Below, one piece after another: positions 19,023-28,085 of a stretch of 64,000 nucleotides of DNA. The stretch is from the NCBI GenBank assembly GCA_964526785.1, contig CAZGMJ010000024.1:4731-68730 (forward strand), written 5' to 3'. Numbering within the stretch: the stretch's first letter is position 1; the number at the start of each line of letters is the position of its first letter. A program made the translations under genes and the position numbers. Under the pieces are notes generated by a model. That model was not told the DNA's origin. It was given only the letters and a program-made list of their open reading frames with translations, and did no database searches. The stretch is from an uncultured Pirellulales bacterium. Lineage in GTDB: Bacteria; Planctomycetota; Phycisphaerae; Sedimentisphaerales; Anaerobacaceae.

Positions 19023-20327
19023 TTACAGACGCCAGGGACTGCGCATGGCGCGTGCGAGCATGCGGTTGGCCTGTTCATCCCCGACAAATGTCTCGGAATC
19101 CGGATCCCATCGCAACTTCCTGCCCAACATCATGGAGATATTGCCGATGTGGGCGATGGTGAAGCACCGCTGACCGATCTCCGGCGGGAAATAGCACTGC
19201 TCGCGCGACTTGATGCAATCGAGAAAATTACGCTGCTCGCCGCCCTTGCACGTATAGAGATGGGTTTCGTTCGGCCCGATCACCGAATCGAGAATCGACT
19301 TTGGTTCGGCCTTCAGTGGTGCACGCCACCCCCGGTTGCCGATCCATCCTTCGTCGCCCTCGAACTTGAGGCTCGGCGTTCCCGAGGTCACGATCAAGCG
19401 GACGCCATCGGCGTACCTGTATTCGATGTGATACTCACGCGCGGTGTCATACAGCCCGCCTTCACAGAAAACACCTTCGCCCTCGACTTCGACCGGCCCG
19501 GTGTATTCGCTGTCATTGCCCCACTGGGCCCCATCAAGCAGATGCGCGCCCCAGTCCGTCAACATGCCGCCCGAGTAATCCTGTATCCAACGGAAGTTCC
19601 AGTGACAGCGATCCTTGTTGTACGGCGCGTACGGAGCAGGCCCAAGCCACATATCGTAATCGAAGCCATCAGGAACGGGCTGGGGCGTTGGATCTCCGTC
19701 CTGGGCCGGTCCGCTGGGCAACTCCACCCGTATGGTGTGTACCTTGCCGATCCGACCGTTCCGCACCAGTTCGCACATACGATGGTACTGATGGACCGAC
19801 CGATCCTCCGTAGACCATTGAAACACACGGTTGTACCGTTTCATGGTTTGGACCAACTGTCTCCCTTCGGCAATCGTCAGTGTCGGCTTTTCGCATTCGA
19901 CGTCCTTGCCCGCTTTCGCCGCCATGATCGACATGGGCACATGCCAGTGATCCGGCGTGGAAATCATCACCGCATCAATATCATCCCGCGCGATCACTTC
20001 CCGGAAATCCGTAAACGTCGCGCAGTCCTTGTTTCCATATTTCTGGTTCACCAGGTCGCGAGCCTTCGTCATGTTCCCGCGATCTACGTCGCAGACCGCT
20101 ACCGCCTGCGCGTCATCTTGTGCCAGAAAACTCTTGAGATTCATGGCAATTCCATGGCCGCCCGTGCCGATAAACCCTATCGTAATCCGCTCGCTCGGCG
20201 CGACGCTGCCCGCCGCCCCCAGCGCCGAAGACGGAACGAGATATGGAAAACCGACGGCTCCCGCCGCGATCCCGGCTCCGGTCCGCAGGAACGAACGCCG
20301 TGTAATCAATCTGTGCTCTCTTGACAT
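19023..20327 (-). CDS. Tat-exported Gfo/Idh/MocA-family oxidoreductase
   Basis: Twin-arginine signal ITRRSFLRTGAGIAAGAVG. Rossmann segment ITIGFIGTGGHG. ISTPDHWH motif typical of the family. Confidence 0.9.
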   Translation of the reverse strand: MSREHRLITRRSFLRTGAGIAAGAVGFPYLVPSSALGAAGSVAPSERITIGFIGTGGHGIAMNLKSFLAQDDAQAVAVCDVDRGNMTKARDLVNQKYGNKDCATFTDFREVIARDDIDAVMISTPDHWHVPMSIMAAKAGKDVECEKPTLTIAEGRQLVQTMKRYNRVFQWSTEDRSVHQYHRMCELVRNGRIGKVHTIRVELPSGPAQDGDPTPQPVPDGFDYDMWLGPAPYAPYNKDRCHWNFRWIQDYSGGMLTDWGAHLLDGAQWGNDSEYTGPVEVEGEGVFCEGGLYDTAREYHIEYRYADGVRLIVTSGTPSLKFEGDEGWIGNRGWRAPLKAEPKSILDSVIGPNETHLYTCKGGEQRNFLDCIKSREQCYFPPEIGQRCFTIAHIGNISMMLGRKLRWDPDSETFVGDEQANRMLARAMRSPWRL

Positions 20328-20397
20328 TACAACTCCTTACCGTATTCCGCCCGCCTGCGAGAGCGGACTGGAACAAACAGAGTGAACCGGTGTCGGT

Positions 20398-20565
20398 TCA
20401 GAATGAAAGCAGGACGTGCCAGATGTACATGTATCCCAGCGCGTCGACGTCTTCCCAAATCTGCCTCGCGATTTGCTCGTCCCCTTTGAGTTCGGGCAAT
20501 TCCTTGAGCTTCTCCTGCCACGGGACACACATGCTCGGCTTTCGTTCGATCTTCTCTTCGCTCAT
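20398..20565 (-). CDS. Small hypothetical protein (55 aa), below the ORF-track length cut-off
   Basis: Hand translation gives MSEEKIERKPSMCVPWQEKLKELPELKGDEQIARQIWEDVDALGYMYIWHVLLSF. A GAGGA lies about 10 nt upstream. It fills the gap between the URO-D-like and oxidoreductase genes on the same strand. Confidence 0.3.
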   Translation of the reverse strand: MSEEKIERKPSMCVPWQEKLKELPELKGDEQIARQIWEDVDALGYMYIWHVLLSF

Positions 20566-20629
20566 AATGCGCAATCCTCAGCAAATTCTCTTATGGAAAC
20601 AGCCATGTCCCGCCGACAACCGCCCGGCC

Positions 20630-21838
20630 TCAATAACCTCCGTATTCACGGGTCGCTTCGGTCATAGCTTTCATATTCTCGATTTGCGCGTCGTTCTGCA
20701 CAATCGCTCCGGCGTCCATGATGTATCCGCCGTCTCTGCCGACCTCCTCGATAATCTTCTTACACTCGCTACGTACCTCCTCCGGTGTGCCGTAACTTAG
20801 CGACACATTTGAAAGCCCGCCGCTGATACAGAACTTATGGCCGATCTTACGATGTGCTTCGAAGACATCGGCTCGGTCAACGTGGTATACGATGGATGCG
20901 TCGGGCAATTCAGCGAACGATTCCAGGTGCGGATTCCAGTCCCCCTCGGCGTAGAAGAGAGTCTGATGGCCCTGGTTCCAGATCTCCTCGATAATCGGCT
21001 TAAGCGTAGGCCAATAGAAATTCTTGAAATGATCCATGTTCACGAAAGGCACGCCCCCGCGGTGCATCCAGAAGCTTACCGGAACGTTCCCCTCCGGATC
21101 GGCTCCGGAAAGCGCCATATGACAAAGGTGCGGCATCAATGCCTCGCAAGCCGCCAGCACCTTCTTCGGGCGCAACTCCAGATCGCTCAGCAGTCCCAGA
21201 TAGCCGCGCATCTTATCCGCAATGATATCGAGCGGAGCCTTGAAGATGCCCGCGATAGCCGAGACCGTACCCGATTCGGCCCTCAATCTCGCACATTGCG
21301 GGCCGAAAGAACTGAAATAGTTCAGCATCGCCATGCCGCCCTTGACGAATGACAGATTGTTGCGAAACGTCGCAGGCTTACCGGGCGGCACAACGTCCTT
21401 AGAGACCCGCGGCAGCCAGATATTGTACAAGAACCCCGTCGGATCCTCGATCAGCGCATCATACTCCTCGGGCTTCATGAAAGCGTCTTCTTCGGCCGGT
21501 TCGCGATACTGAAATCCCGTGTTGGCGCCGATGTGAATGCCGGGTACGCCATAGTACTTCAGGCCGATCGCTTCGGTCAGCCCCGTCCAAACATAGACCA
21601 TATTGGGGACAACCGCATCCCAGTCAAAATCCGCCGCACACTTGCATGCGGCCTCGAACGCCTTATTATAATCGTGGGAAACCTCCTGGCACGTATAGCC
21701 TGCATACTTGCCCGCAAATTCGGCGACGAAGGGCCGAAGTGGGACCATGTCGGGCTTTTCGTTCCGCATCGCTGTCACATATCGCTTCAATCTCGTCTGA
21801 TAAAGCTGCTCCATATCTCCGGCCATGACGGTATGCAC
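20630..21838 (-). CDS. Uroporphyrinogen decarboxylase (URO-D) family protein, MtaA/CmuA-like rather than HemE
   Basis: YQTRLKRYVTAMRNEKPDMVPLRPF..AEFAGKYAGYTCQEV N-terminus and the overall TIM-barrel pattern fit the URO-D family. At 402 aa it is longer than typical HemE. Confidence 0.75.
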   Translation of the reverse strand: MHTVMAGDMEQLYQTRLKRYVTAMRNEKPDMVPLRPFVAEFAGKYAGYTCQEVSHDYNKAFEAACKCAADFDWDAVVPNMVYVWTGLTEAIGLKYYGVPGIHIGANTGFQYREPAEEDAFMKPEEYDALIEDPTGFLYNIWLPRVSKDVVPPGKPATFRNNLSFVKGGMAMLNYFSSFGPQCARLRAESGTVSAIAGIFKAPLDIIADKMRGYLGLLSDLELRPKKVLAACEALMPHLCHMALSGADPEGNVPVSFWMHRGGVPFVNMDHFKNFYWPTLKPIIEEIWNQGHQTLFYAEGDWNPHLESFAELPDASIVYHVDRADVFEAHRKIGHKFCISGGLSNVSLSYGTPEEVRSECKKIIEEVGRDGGYIMDAGAIVQNDAQIENMKAMTEATREYGGY

Positions 21839-22009
21839 TCCTTAACAGGGACACAAAACGTGTTCATTGGCCCGCTCGGCACAGCTACACTCAATCACTT
21901 ACCGGCAGACCCTCAAAGTCCTCCCGTCGACTGCGCAAGTGCCGGCGCGCCAACATCCTCCGACAGCATACCGGACCACTGTTGCCGCGTCAACCACCTC
22001 CAAACCTGC

Positions 22010-23464
22010 TCAATAGGGCTTTTTCTTGATTGGCAGCGGGTCGCGTGTCTCCGCTATCCGATCGAGGAGTTTTCGCGTCAACCTATGTTTGACCGACGCA
22101 TATTGCGGCCTGTCCCAGAGATTGATGAACTCGTTGGGATCGCTGCGAACATCGTACAACTCCCCGTAATTCTCGCCTGGATAGTATGTAAACCGCCACT
22201 TATCGCTGCGCAGCGAATAGTCGTGGTCGGCATGTTCGATATACGCGTACTCATAACCCGTCTCGGAACTGTCGCCCGTCAGGACTTTCGCCTGCGATCT
22301 GCCCTGAACGCCATCCGGACACTCCACGCCCACCAGCTCAAGAATGGTCGGCATCAGATCAATCTCCTGCACGATGCCTTTGACCGTCTTGCCGGCTGCG
22401 ATCCGGCCGGGCCAGTTGAAGATCAGCGGCACATTCGCACTCTGTGGATAAGCCAACCCCTTGAAGTACAAGTCGTGATCCCCCAGCATGTCGCCGTGAT
22501 CCGATACGAACACGATCAGGGTATCATCGCGAAGCTCCAGTTCATCCAGCACCTTCAGTATCCGCCCAATCGCATCATCGATGAATGTCACCTCCCCGTA
22601 GTACTGCGTGCGGTTGTGAGCGGCATCGTCCCTGACACCTTCGCGCCGCTTGACACGCTTCTGTAGATGCGGCGGCTTGTCGGCAAATTCGTCCTCCCGC
22701 CGAATCGGCTCGGGCATATCCTGCTCGCGGTACATCTTGTTGTATGGCGCCGGTGGGTTGTACCCGTGGTGCGGGTCAACGAACGAACAGAACGCAAAGA
22801 ACCGCTCCCCCCGACCGCCGCACTTACGGATGAAGTCAACCGTGTGGGACGCCGACCAGAAGCTGTTGTGTAGTTCGAGGGGTATCCTGTGATCCGGCGT
22901 CTTGTCATGCTCCGGATGATTCCGTTTGATCCAGACCCAGTGCTCGCCGCTCCGTCCATCCTCGCCCAGATGAAACTCCTCGAAGCCATAATAAGGTTCC
23001 GGATGGTTCTCCATCAGCGGTAGCGGGCTGCGATACGGATAATGCGGCAGAAAATGGAACTTTCCCGCTCCGCCCGTGCGATACCCACCACTCTTGAGCG
23101 CATGCGCCAGCGTTGTTTCGCTCTTACGTAAAGACACGCCGTTGGCCCTGACCCCATGCGCCATCGGATAACGGCCGGTAAAGATGCACGCCCGCGATGG
23201 CATACACGCCGCATGCTGCACCCAGCAGTTCTCGAACTTCGTCCCGCCTTCCGCCAGCAAATCCAGATTGGGCGTCTTGATTGCAGAGTTGCCATACGCC
23301 CCGATACAGTCCTTGCGGTGCTGATCGGTCATAATCAGCAGCACATTGGGCGACTTGTGCTTGTCCTCCGCCGCTTTCGCAGACGCCCCTGCGCTGCGTG
23401 CCGCCACCAGACCCGCGGCAGCGGCTGAATACTGGAGAAATCGTCTTCGTGTAACCTCATTCAT
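22010..23464 (-). CDS. Tat-signal formylglycine-dependent sulfatase
   Basis: TRRRFLQYSAAAAGL Tat signal. PNVLLIMTDQHR. Active-site motif C-M-P-S-R-ACIFTGR. FVSDHGDMLGDH. Confidence 0.92.
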   Translation of the reverse strand: MNEVTRRRFLQYSAAAAGLVAARSAGASAKAAEDKHKSPNVLLIMTDQHRKDCIGAYGNSAIKTPNLDLLAEGGTKFENCWVQHAACMPSRACIFTGRYPMAHGVRANGVSLRKSETTLAHALKSGGYRTGGAGKFHFLPHYPYRSPLPLMENHPEPYYGFEEFHLGEDGRSGEHWVWIKRNHPEHDKTPDHRIPLELHNSFWSASHTVDFIRKCGGRGERFFAFCSFVDPHHGYNPPAPYNKMYREQDMPEPIRREDEFADKPPHLQKRVKRREGVRDDAAHNRTQYYGEVTFIDDAIGRILKVLDELELRDDTLIVFVSDHGDMLGDHDLYFKGLAYPQSANVPLIFNWPGRIAAGKTVKGIVQEIDLMPTILELVGVECPDGVQGRSQAKVLTGDSSETGYEYAYIEHADHDYSLRSDKWRFTYYPGENYGELYDVRSDPNEFINLWDRPQYASVKHRLTRKLLDRIAETRDPLPIKKKPY

Positions 23465-23503
23465 AGCAATTCGTCCTCATCTGCCTGTCGGGCCTTCTGC
23501 AAT

Positions 23504-24565
23504 TTACCGCGATCGCTTGAAAGCCGGCAACTCGTCCAGCGTGATCATCGCCTCATGGGGATATACCTTCTCCACCCAGTCTCGCGGGTTCCACTTCTGA
23601 TCCTTCCCGACATACCAGGGCAGACAGTACAACCACTGCGGCCCCTCCTCGGCCATAATATCCGGGTTCGGTATCCCCTGGCACTCGCACAGCGCCAGCA
23701 TCTTGTTCGGCGCAACCTGCCGCATAATCTTGAACGCCTTCATGTATGCATCTTCGCGGAAGTCCGGCCAGCCGAACCAGGAGTTCACATAAATGTCGAT
23801 TCCCGCAATATCCACGTATGCATCCCCAGGATAGAATCGCTTGCGGTACTCAATCGCCTCGACGTCCTTGCCGTGATCGCCCGCCTTCAGGGCCGCACTG
23901 TAAACCCAGATCAGGTTGTTCAGTTCCCGCTCCTTGACGAAATACTCGAACATCATCCGCCATAGTGCTGCAGTGTTCTCCGGCGTCTGCGCGTCCGACC
24001 ACCAGAACCATCCGCCCTCGATCTCGTGCAATGGCCGCCAAAGTACAGGCACCCGCGATTTGAGTAATTGCTCCAGATAATCCGCATGCCTGGCCATGTC
24101 CTTCATCGCAGCCTTATGCTCGTCCGTCCCGGGCGTAACCAACCTGCCGACGTCGATATCCATGAACTTCGGCCGAGTCGCCTCAAACGTCCCGGCTGCG
24201 CTCATCGGATTGGCCCAGTGCCACTCGAAAGAAACGATCCCGCCCTGCTCGTGCCACCACTGCTTGGCCGAATCAATTGCCTTCTGCAGCGTTCGCTTGT
24301 ATTGATCGTCCCAGCGCACCTTCGACCACCCCGACAAATCCACACTCACGAGCGCCGGATATTTGCCGCTTGCCTCATGGGCCTCTTCAGCCTCACCAAA
24401 CTTGTTCTGGCCCACGATGGTCTTCTCACCATAAACCGATTCGAAATAGTCCAGCAGCATCCGCCCTTCCGGGATTAGGGCCTTGTTCACCGGTTCGCCG
24501 GCAACCACAACTGAAGTCAGCGAAAACATCCCAGCAACGAAAGCGCACAAAATGAACCTGCTCAT
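23504..24565 (-). CDS. Glycoside hydrolase family 26 (beta-mannanase-like)
   Basis: Signal peptide. GH26 signature VLWRPLHEIEGGWFWW and IVSFEWHW. Candidate nucleophile region LALCECQG. Confidence 0.8.
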   Translation of the reverse strand: MSRFILCAFVAGMFSLTSVVVAGEPVNKALIPEGRMLLDYFESVYGEKTIVGQNKFGEAEEAHEASGKYPALVSVDLSGWSKVRWDDQYKRTLQKAIDSAKQWWHEQGGIVSFEWHWANPMSAAGTFEATRPKFMDIDVGRLVTPGTDEHKAAMKDMARHADYLEQLLKSRVPVLWRPLHEIEGGWFWWSDAQTPENTAALWRMMFEYFVKERELNNLIWVYSAALKAGDHGKDVEAIEYRKRFYPGDAYVDIAGIDIYVNSWFGWPDFREDAYMKAFKIMRQVAPNKMLALCECQGIPNPDIMAEEGPQWLYCLPWYVGKDQKWNPRDWVEKVYPHEAMITLDELPAFKRSR

Positions 24566-24609
24566 GGTTACCTCCTCAAGGCCCGGCCGTTCTCGCCGGC
24601 CGAATTCGA

Positions 24610-24936
24610 TTAGTCAATGGTGAACACCTTATTGAGCCGTGTGATTTCAAACACCCGGTATATCTTCGGATCAACGTTCCGCAGCGTCAGTTCGCCGCCG
24701 TTCTCCCGCACTCGCTTGTGAATCTTGACCAGCAAGCCCAGGAACGCTGAAGACATGAACCGCACCTGTGAAAAATCTATAAGCAGATTCGACTGCTCCC
24801 CGCCCTTTAACGTCTGCGTCAGACCTCTTTCGATCTCGGTAATCCGCGTTTCGTCCAGTATTTCCCGGTCCTTCAGCGTCACGATGACTACGTCCACGCC
24901 CCGCTGTACCGATAGTCTGTCTTCCCTGGCTTCCAT
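24610..24936 (-). CDS. STAS-domain protein (anti-sigma-factor antagonist family)
   Basis: VVIVTLKDREILDETRI..., LLIDFSQVRFMSSAFLGLLVKIHKRV..GGELTLRNV.PKIYRVFEITRL is a typical SpoIIAA/RsbV-like STAS pattern. I prefer the internal start MEARED at 24936. Confidence 0.8.
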   Translation of the reverse strand: MEAREDRLSVQRGVDVVIVTLKDREILDETRITEIERGLTQTLKGGEQSNLLIDFSQVRFMSSAFLGLLVKIHKRVRENGGELTLRNVDPKIYRVFEITRLNKVFTID

Positions 24937-25496
24937 AACATTCTCCAAATCAGGCAATGCCTTGAAGTCAACCGTACACCATACGGCCATCCCCTTGCTG
25001 CAACGCAACTATCCCTACTCTTGATGTGCTGCGTTGGGAGTACGTGGGCGTTTCCGAACCCGGCCCAAACGCCATCAGTGCGAATTGTAATTCACGCATC
25101 GCGTATCCGCAAGCGTTGTGCAAATACAGCTCGCCTAATGCCGGCATCTCGCCTTTACGCTTGCACAATCACTCTTGCAGGCAGGCTGTTCCGGTTACTT
25201 GAGCAGAAAGACACAAACCAGAAATCTCGCGCGGGAGATCACCGTCAGGTTCAGCGGGTTTGCCACAATGAATATGCCGGGAGAGGCGCAACACACGCCA
25301 ATCTCATACCCCCCACTGGGTACCGCGCCATGCAGCACACTTTTTTTCTCACCCAACCCGCCTCAGGACCATTGCCGTACCGGTTCCTGCGTTCCCGCGC
25401 AGAAGTCCCCGTTTTGCCAAAACGGTCAGACCGTACAATTGCACGATGTGCCTCCAGACCTTAGAATACCTCTGCAATCTGAACGGAGAAACGACA

Positions 25497-25937
25497 ATGC
25501 AAATCAGATCCGTCGACGACGTACTCGCGTTCGCCATTAAGAAGGAAGCCGAAGCACAGCAATACTACGAGAAACTCGCCCGGTGGGTCGAGCGACCGGA
25601 CGTTGCTCACGTCCTCGAGGCGTTTGCCGCCGATGAGTTGCGGCACCGCATCCGCCTTGAGGCGGTCAAAGCCGGCGAGATTGCTGTCGAGAAAGAGGAA
25701 ATAGGCAGCCTCGGTATCGCTGATGCGCTGAATCGCCCCGAACCAGATGTGCGCATGACATATGAGCAAGCGCTGGAAATCGCCATGTTTCGCGAGAAGA
25801 AATCCTACGCGCTCTACACAAAACTGGCCGGCGCCGCGAGAACGCAGGAATTACGCCAGGCGTTCCTCAAGTTGGCCCAGGAAGAGGCCGGCCATAAGCT
25901 CCGGCTCGAAATCGAGTATGACTGGATCACTTCCTGA
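25497..25937 (+). CDS. Rubrerythrin/ferritin-like di-iron protein
   Basis: Two E..H helices (FAADELRHRIRLE and AQEEAGHKLRLE) plus AIKKEAEAQQYY and AMFREKKSYALY. GGAGA RBS 7 nt before the ATG at 25497. Confidence 0.8.
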   Translation: MQIRSVDDVLAFAIKKEAEAQQYYEKLARWVERPDVAHVLEAFAADELRHRIRLEAVKAGEIAVEKEEIGSLGIADALNRPEPDVRMTYEQALEIAMFREKKSYALYTKLAGAARTQELRQAFLKLAQEEAGHKLRLEIEYDWITS

Positions 25938-25967
25938 GGCCGGTCAATTAGGCCCGCGTTGTTTGCC

Positions 25968-28085
25968 CTACTTTCGCCTCGCCAGAATGTAGTCCAGTCC
26001 GAACATATGGCTCTTGACCGCATTGGGATTGGCCCCGAGAATCGCAACCTCCAGCGTGTTCTTGCCCTTTCGCAGTTCGCAACGGGGCAATTCGACATCG
26101 ACTGCCAGGACCGAAGGATTATAGAAATCGTGCGAGTCAATCATTTCTTTGCCATTGATGGCGATACTTACGATACCGTAATCAACCGCCTTGGTGGCTC
26201 CGAGCATCACGTCATATGTGCCCGCCCGGTCCATTTCGAATTCAACCACAAGCCGATCACCTGCGTCCGCATGCCGCCACCACAGTTGCTTGTTATTGCT
26301 CCATCGAAAGCGGGGGATATCCTGGATTTCCGTCGTACCGCCCGTTTTCTCCACTACTTTCACCGTCTCTCCCTCTATGGCGCCTTCGACCTTGTGTGGC
26401 TTTACGATATCTTCGACCGCTCGGGGAACGGATCGCCGGGCCTCTTTGGGATCGGGTTCTACATTGTCCGAATCCCCGGGCCTGGCGTACCAGAACGTGG
26501 TCGGAGCGTAGCTCATGGTCGTGGCCGCCCAGTGCCAGAGTTCCATCTCGAAACGAATCGATTTGTCGAACGGAATGGCATCGAGCGAACGGTAGCGGCT
26601 GTTGACGGTGAACCCCGGCCTGAGATTGCCCTCCCCGCTGGGCTGGGCGTGAAACGCCGACTCGAAGAAGTTCGGCTTGCACCACGCATAGCCATAGTAA
26701 TCCTCAGTACCCGTGCCGATATGCGAAGGGAAGTCCTCGCCGTCGACGTATATCTTCTCATCACCTTCTCCCCACCAGGTATTGGCGGTATTAAACAGCG
26801 TCAAGACATCGCCTACGTACGTTCCCCGGCCGCGCACGGTCACCCAGTTCAGATCGAAGGCACCGTGATCTTTGGCATTTTCATTGGACTGCGTTCTGAT
26901 TTCAGGCCACTGCTTCCAGGCCGCGTGGAAATGGCACGACCGCTCGTCCCAGTCCCACTCGCTGCTCCGCACGCGGCCATAGGCCACCCTGACCGGCTGC
27001 GAACCGAGATTGACAACTTTGATGTTTGCCTCATCCTTAAAGGGCATCACCCAATAGCACGACATGCTCTTATCCTCAGATACACTGTTGTACCACGTTG
27101 CATGCGGACGAATGTGGTACCCGGTGCCAAAGAAATCGCCAAGGGGGCACCAGATGGCATCCTCGCCGTCGAAATCGATCTGCAGCACACTTGACCGCAG
27201 GGCCTGAGGAAGATCCTCCGCTTCCAGCCGCATGGTAAGCGAACGAATTGCCCTGGCTCCGCTGAAATTCAGCGACTTCTGCCCGCCGGGCTGAATTGTG
27301 CCTTCAAGCGTGTCCTCGCGCGTACCATCAAGAGCCGTTCGCTCGTCTCGTGCCAGCATCTGCTGGACGCGGGCAATCAGACTGCGAGACCGATCAAGCG
27401 TCTCAGCAGTGAAGGAGTTCACTACAGTGCCCGGTTCATACGTGCGATAGTTGATCTGATAATACAATGCCTCGCCCTTGCGAGCCCCTTCGTCAATAAA
27501 CGCCCTGGTCTGATACGTGATCTTGCACTGTTCGTCGTACGGAATAGGCAGATACAGATTGTGCCCCCGATGCTTGTACGGCGTCTCGGGCGATACTCCC
27601 TTCGACAATGGTTCGCCCACCAAAGCTCCACCGCTGATCAGGTCCGCCATCGGTCCTTCGATCACAGGCTTTGCCTGGCCGTCAAGATAGACGCGCAAGG
27701 TTCCATTGCTGAATTCGCCGCCGCCCGGCCCATGCCACGTAGCCCAGAAACGAACTACCGCGCCGGGACCCTTGGCGTCCATCAGCACATACTCCTTCCG
27801 TCCGTTGGTTTCCTCGGTACGCACGAAATAACTGCGGTCCCAGTTCGCCCACCAGGTCGGGGACCCCGCCTCGGTGGAGTGCCGGTCATAGCTGCTGAAC
27901 TGTTTGCAGGTATACGCAGGTTGCGGCAGACGCGCCACGTGATCGCGATCGATCATCTCCTCAAGGAGCGACTCGAAGCCAATCGTCACAGGCCGGCCAT
28001 GCGCACCAGACGCAACTATCAGCATGACAGTGAAGAAAAGTCCCAGAGCAAAAACTGAGTGAATGCGAGATTGCGATCGTCTCAT
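25968..28085 (-). CDS. DUF2961 / glycoside hydrolase family 172-like protein with extra C-terminal beta-sandwich
   Basis: Signal peptide when started at MRRSQSRI (28085). DUF2961 hallmarks QFSSYDRHS, GPGAVVRFWATW, WWGEGDEKIYVDGEDFPSHIGTGTEDYYGYAW. About 150 aa of additional C-terminal domain. Confidence 0.85.
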   Translation of the reverse strand: MRRSQSRIHSVFALGLFFTVMLIVASGAHGRPVTIGFESLLEEMIDRDHVARLPQPAYTCKQFSSYDRHSTEAGSPTWWANWDRSYFVRTEETNGRKEYVLMDAKGPGAVVRFWATWHGPGGGEFSNGTLRVYLDGQAKPVIEGPMADLISGGALVGEPLSKGVSPETPYKHRGHNLYLPIPYDEQCKITYQTRAFIDEGARKGEALYYQINYRTYEPGTVVNSFTAETLDRSRSLIARVQQMLARDERTALDGTREDTLEGTIQPGGQKSLNFSGARAIRSLTMRLEAEDLPQALRSSVLQIDFDGEDAIWCPLGDFFGTGYHIRPHATWYNSVSEDKSMSCYWVMPFKDEANIKVVNLGSQPVRVAYGRVRSSEWDWDERSCHFHAAWKQWPEIRTQSNENAKDHGAFDLNWVTVRGRGTYVGDVLTLFNTANTWWGEGDEKIYVDGEDFPSHIGTGTEDYYGYAWCKPNFFESAFHAQPSGEGNLRPGFTVNSRYRSLDAIPFDKSIRFEMELWHWAATTMSYAPTTFWYARPGDSDNVEPDPKEARRSVPRAVEDIVKPHKVEGAIEGETVKVVEKTGGTTEIQDIPRFRWSNNKQLWWRHADAGDRLVVEFEMDRAGTYDVMLGATKAVDYGIVSIAINGKEMIDSHDFYNPSVLAVDVELPRCELRKGKNTLEVAILGANPNAVKSHMFGLDYILARRK

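Noticed and set aside
18999-20324. 441-aa plus-strand ORF antisense to the Tat-GFO oxidoreductase
   Set aside because: Same reasoning. The opposite strand carries a Tat signal, a Rossmann motif and family motifs, whereas this frame is R/P/H-rich and featureless.
21533-22666. 377-aa plus-strand ORF spanning the URO-D-like / sulfatase intergenic region
   Set aside because: It overlaps two well-supported minus-strand genes in antisense, and its translation is low quality.
25021-25464. 147-aa plus-strand ORF in the STAS / rubrerythrin spacer
   Set aside because: Composition is poor (R/A/P/C-rich), no RBS is present, and it runs into the better-supported rubrerythrin start region.
25959-27194. 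411-aa plus-strand ORF antisense to the GH172-like gene
   Set aside because: It is an antisense shadow of a gene with strong DUF2961 motifs and has no motifs of its own.
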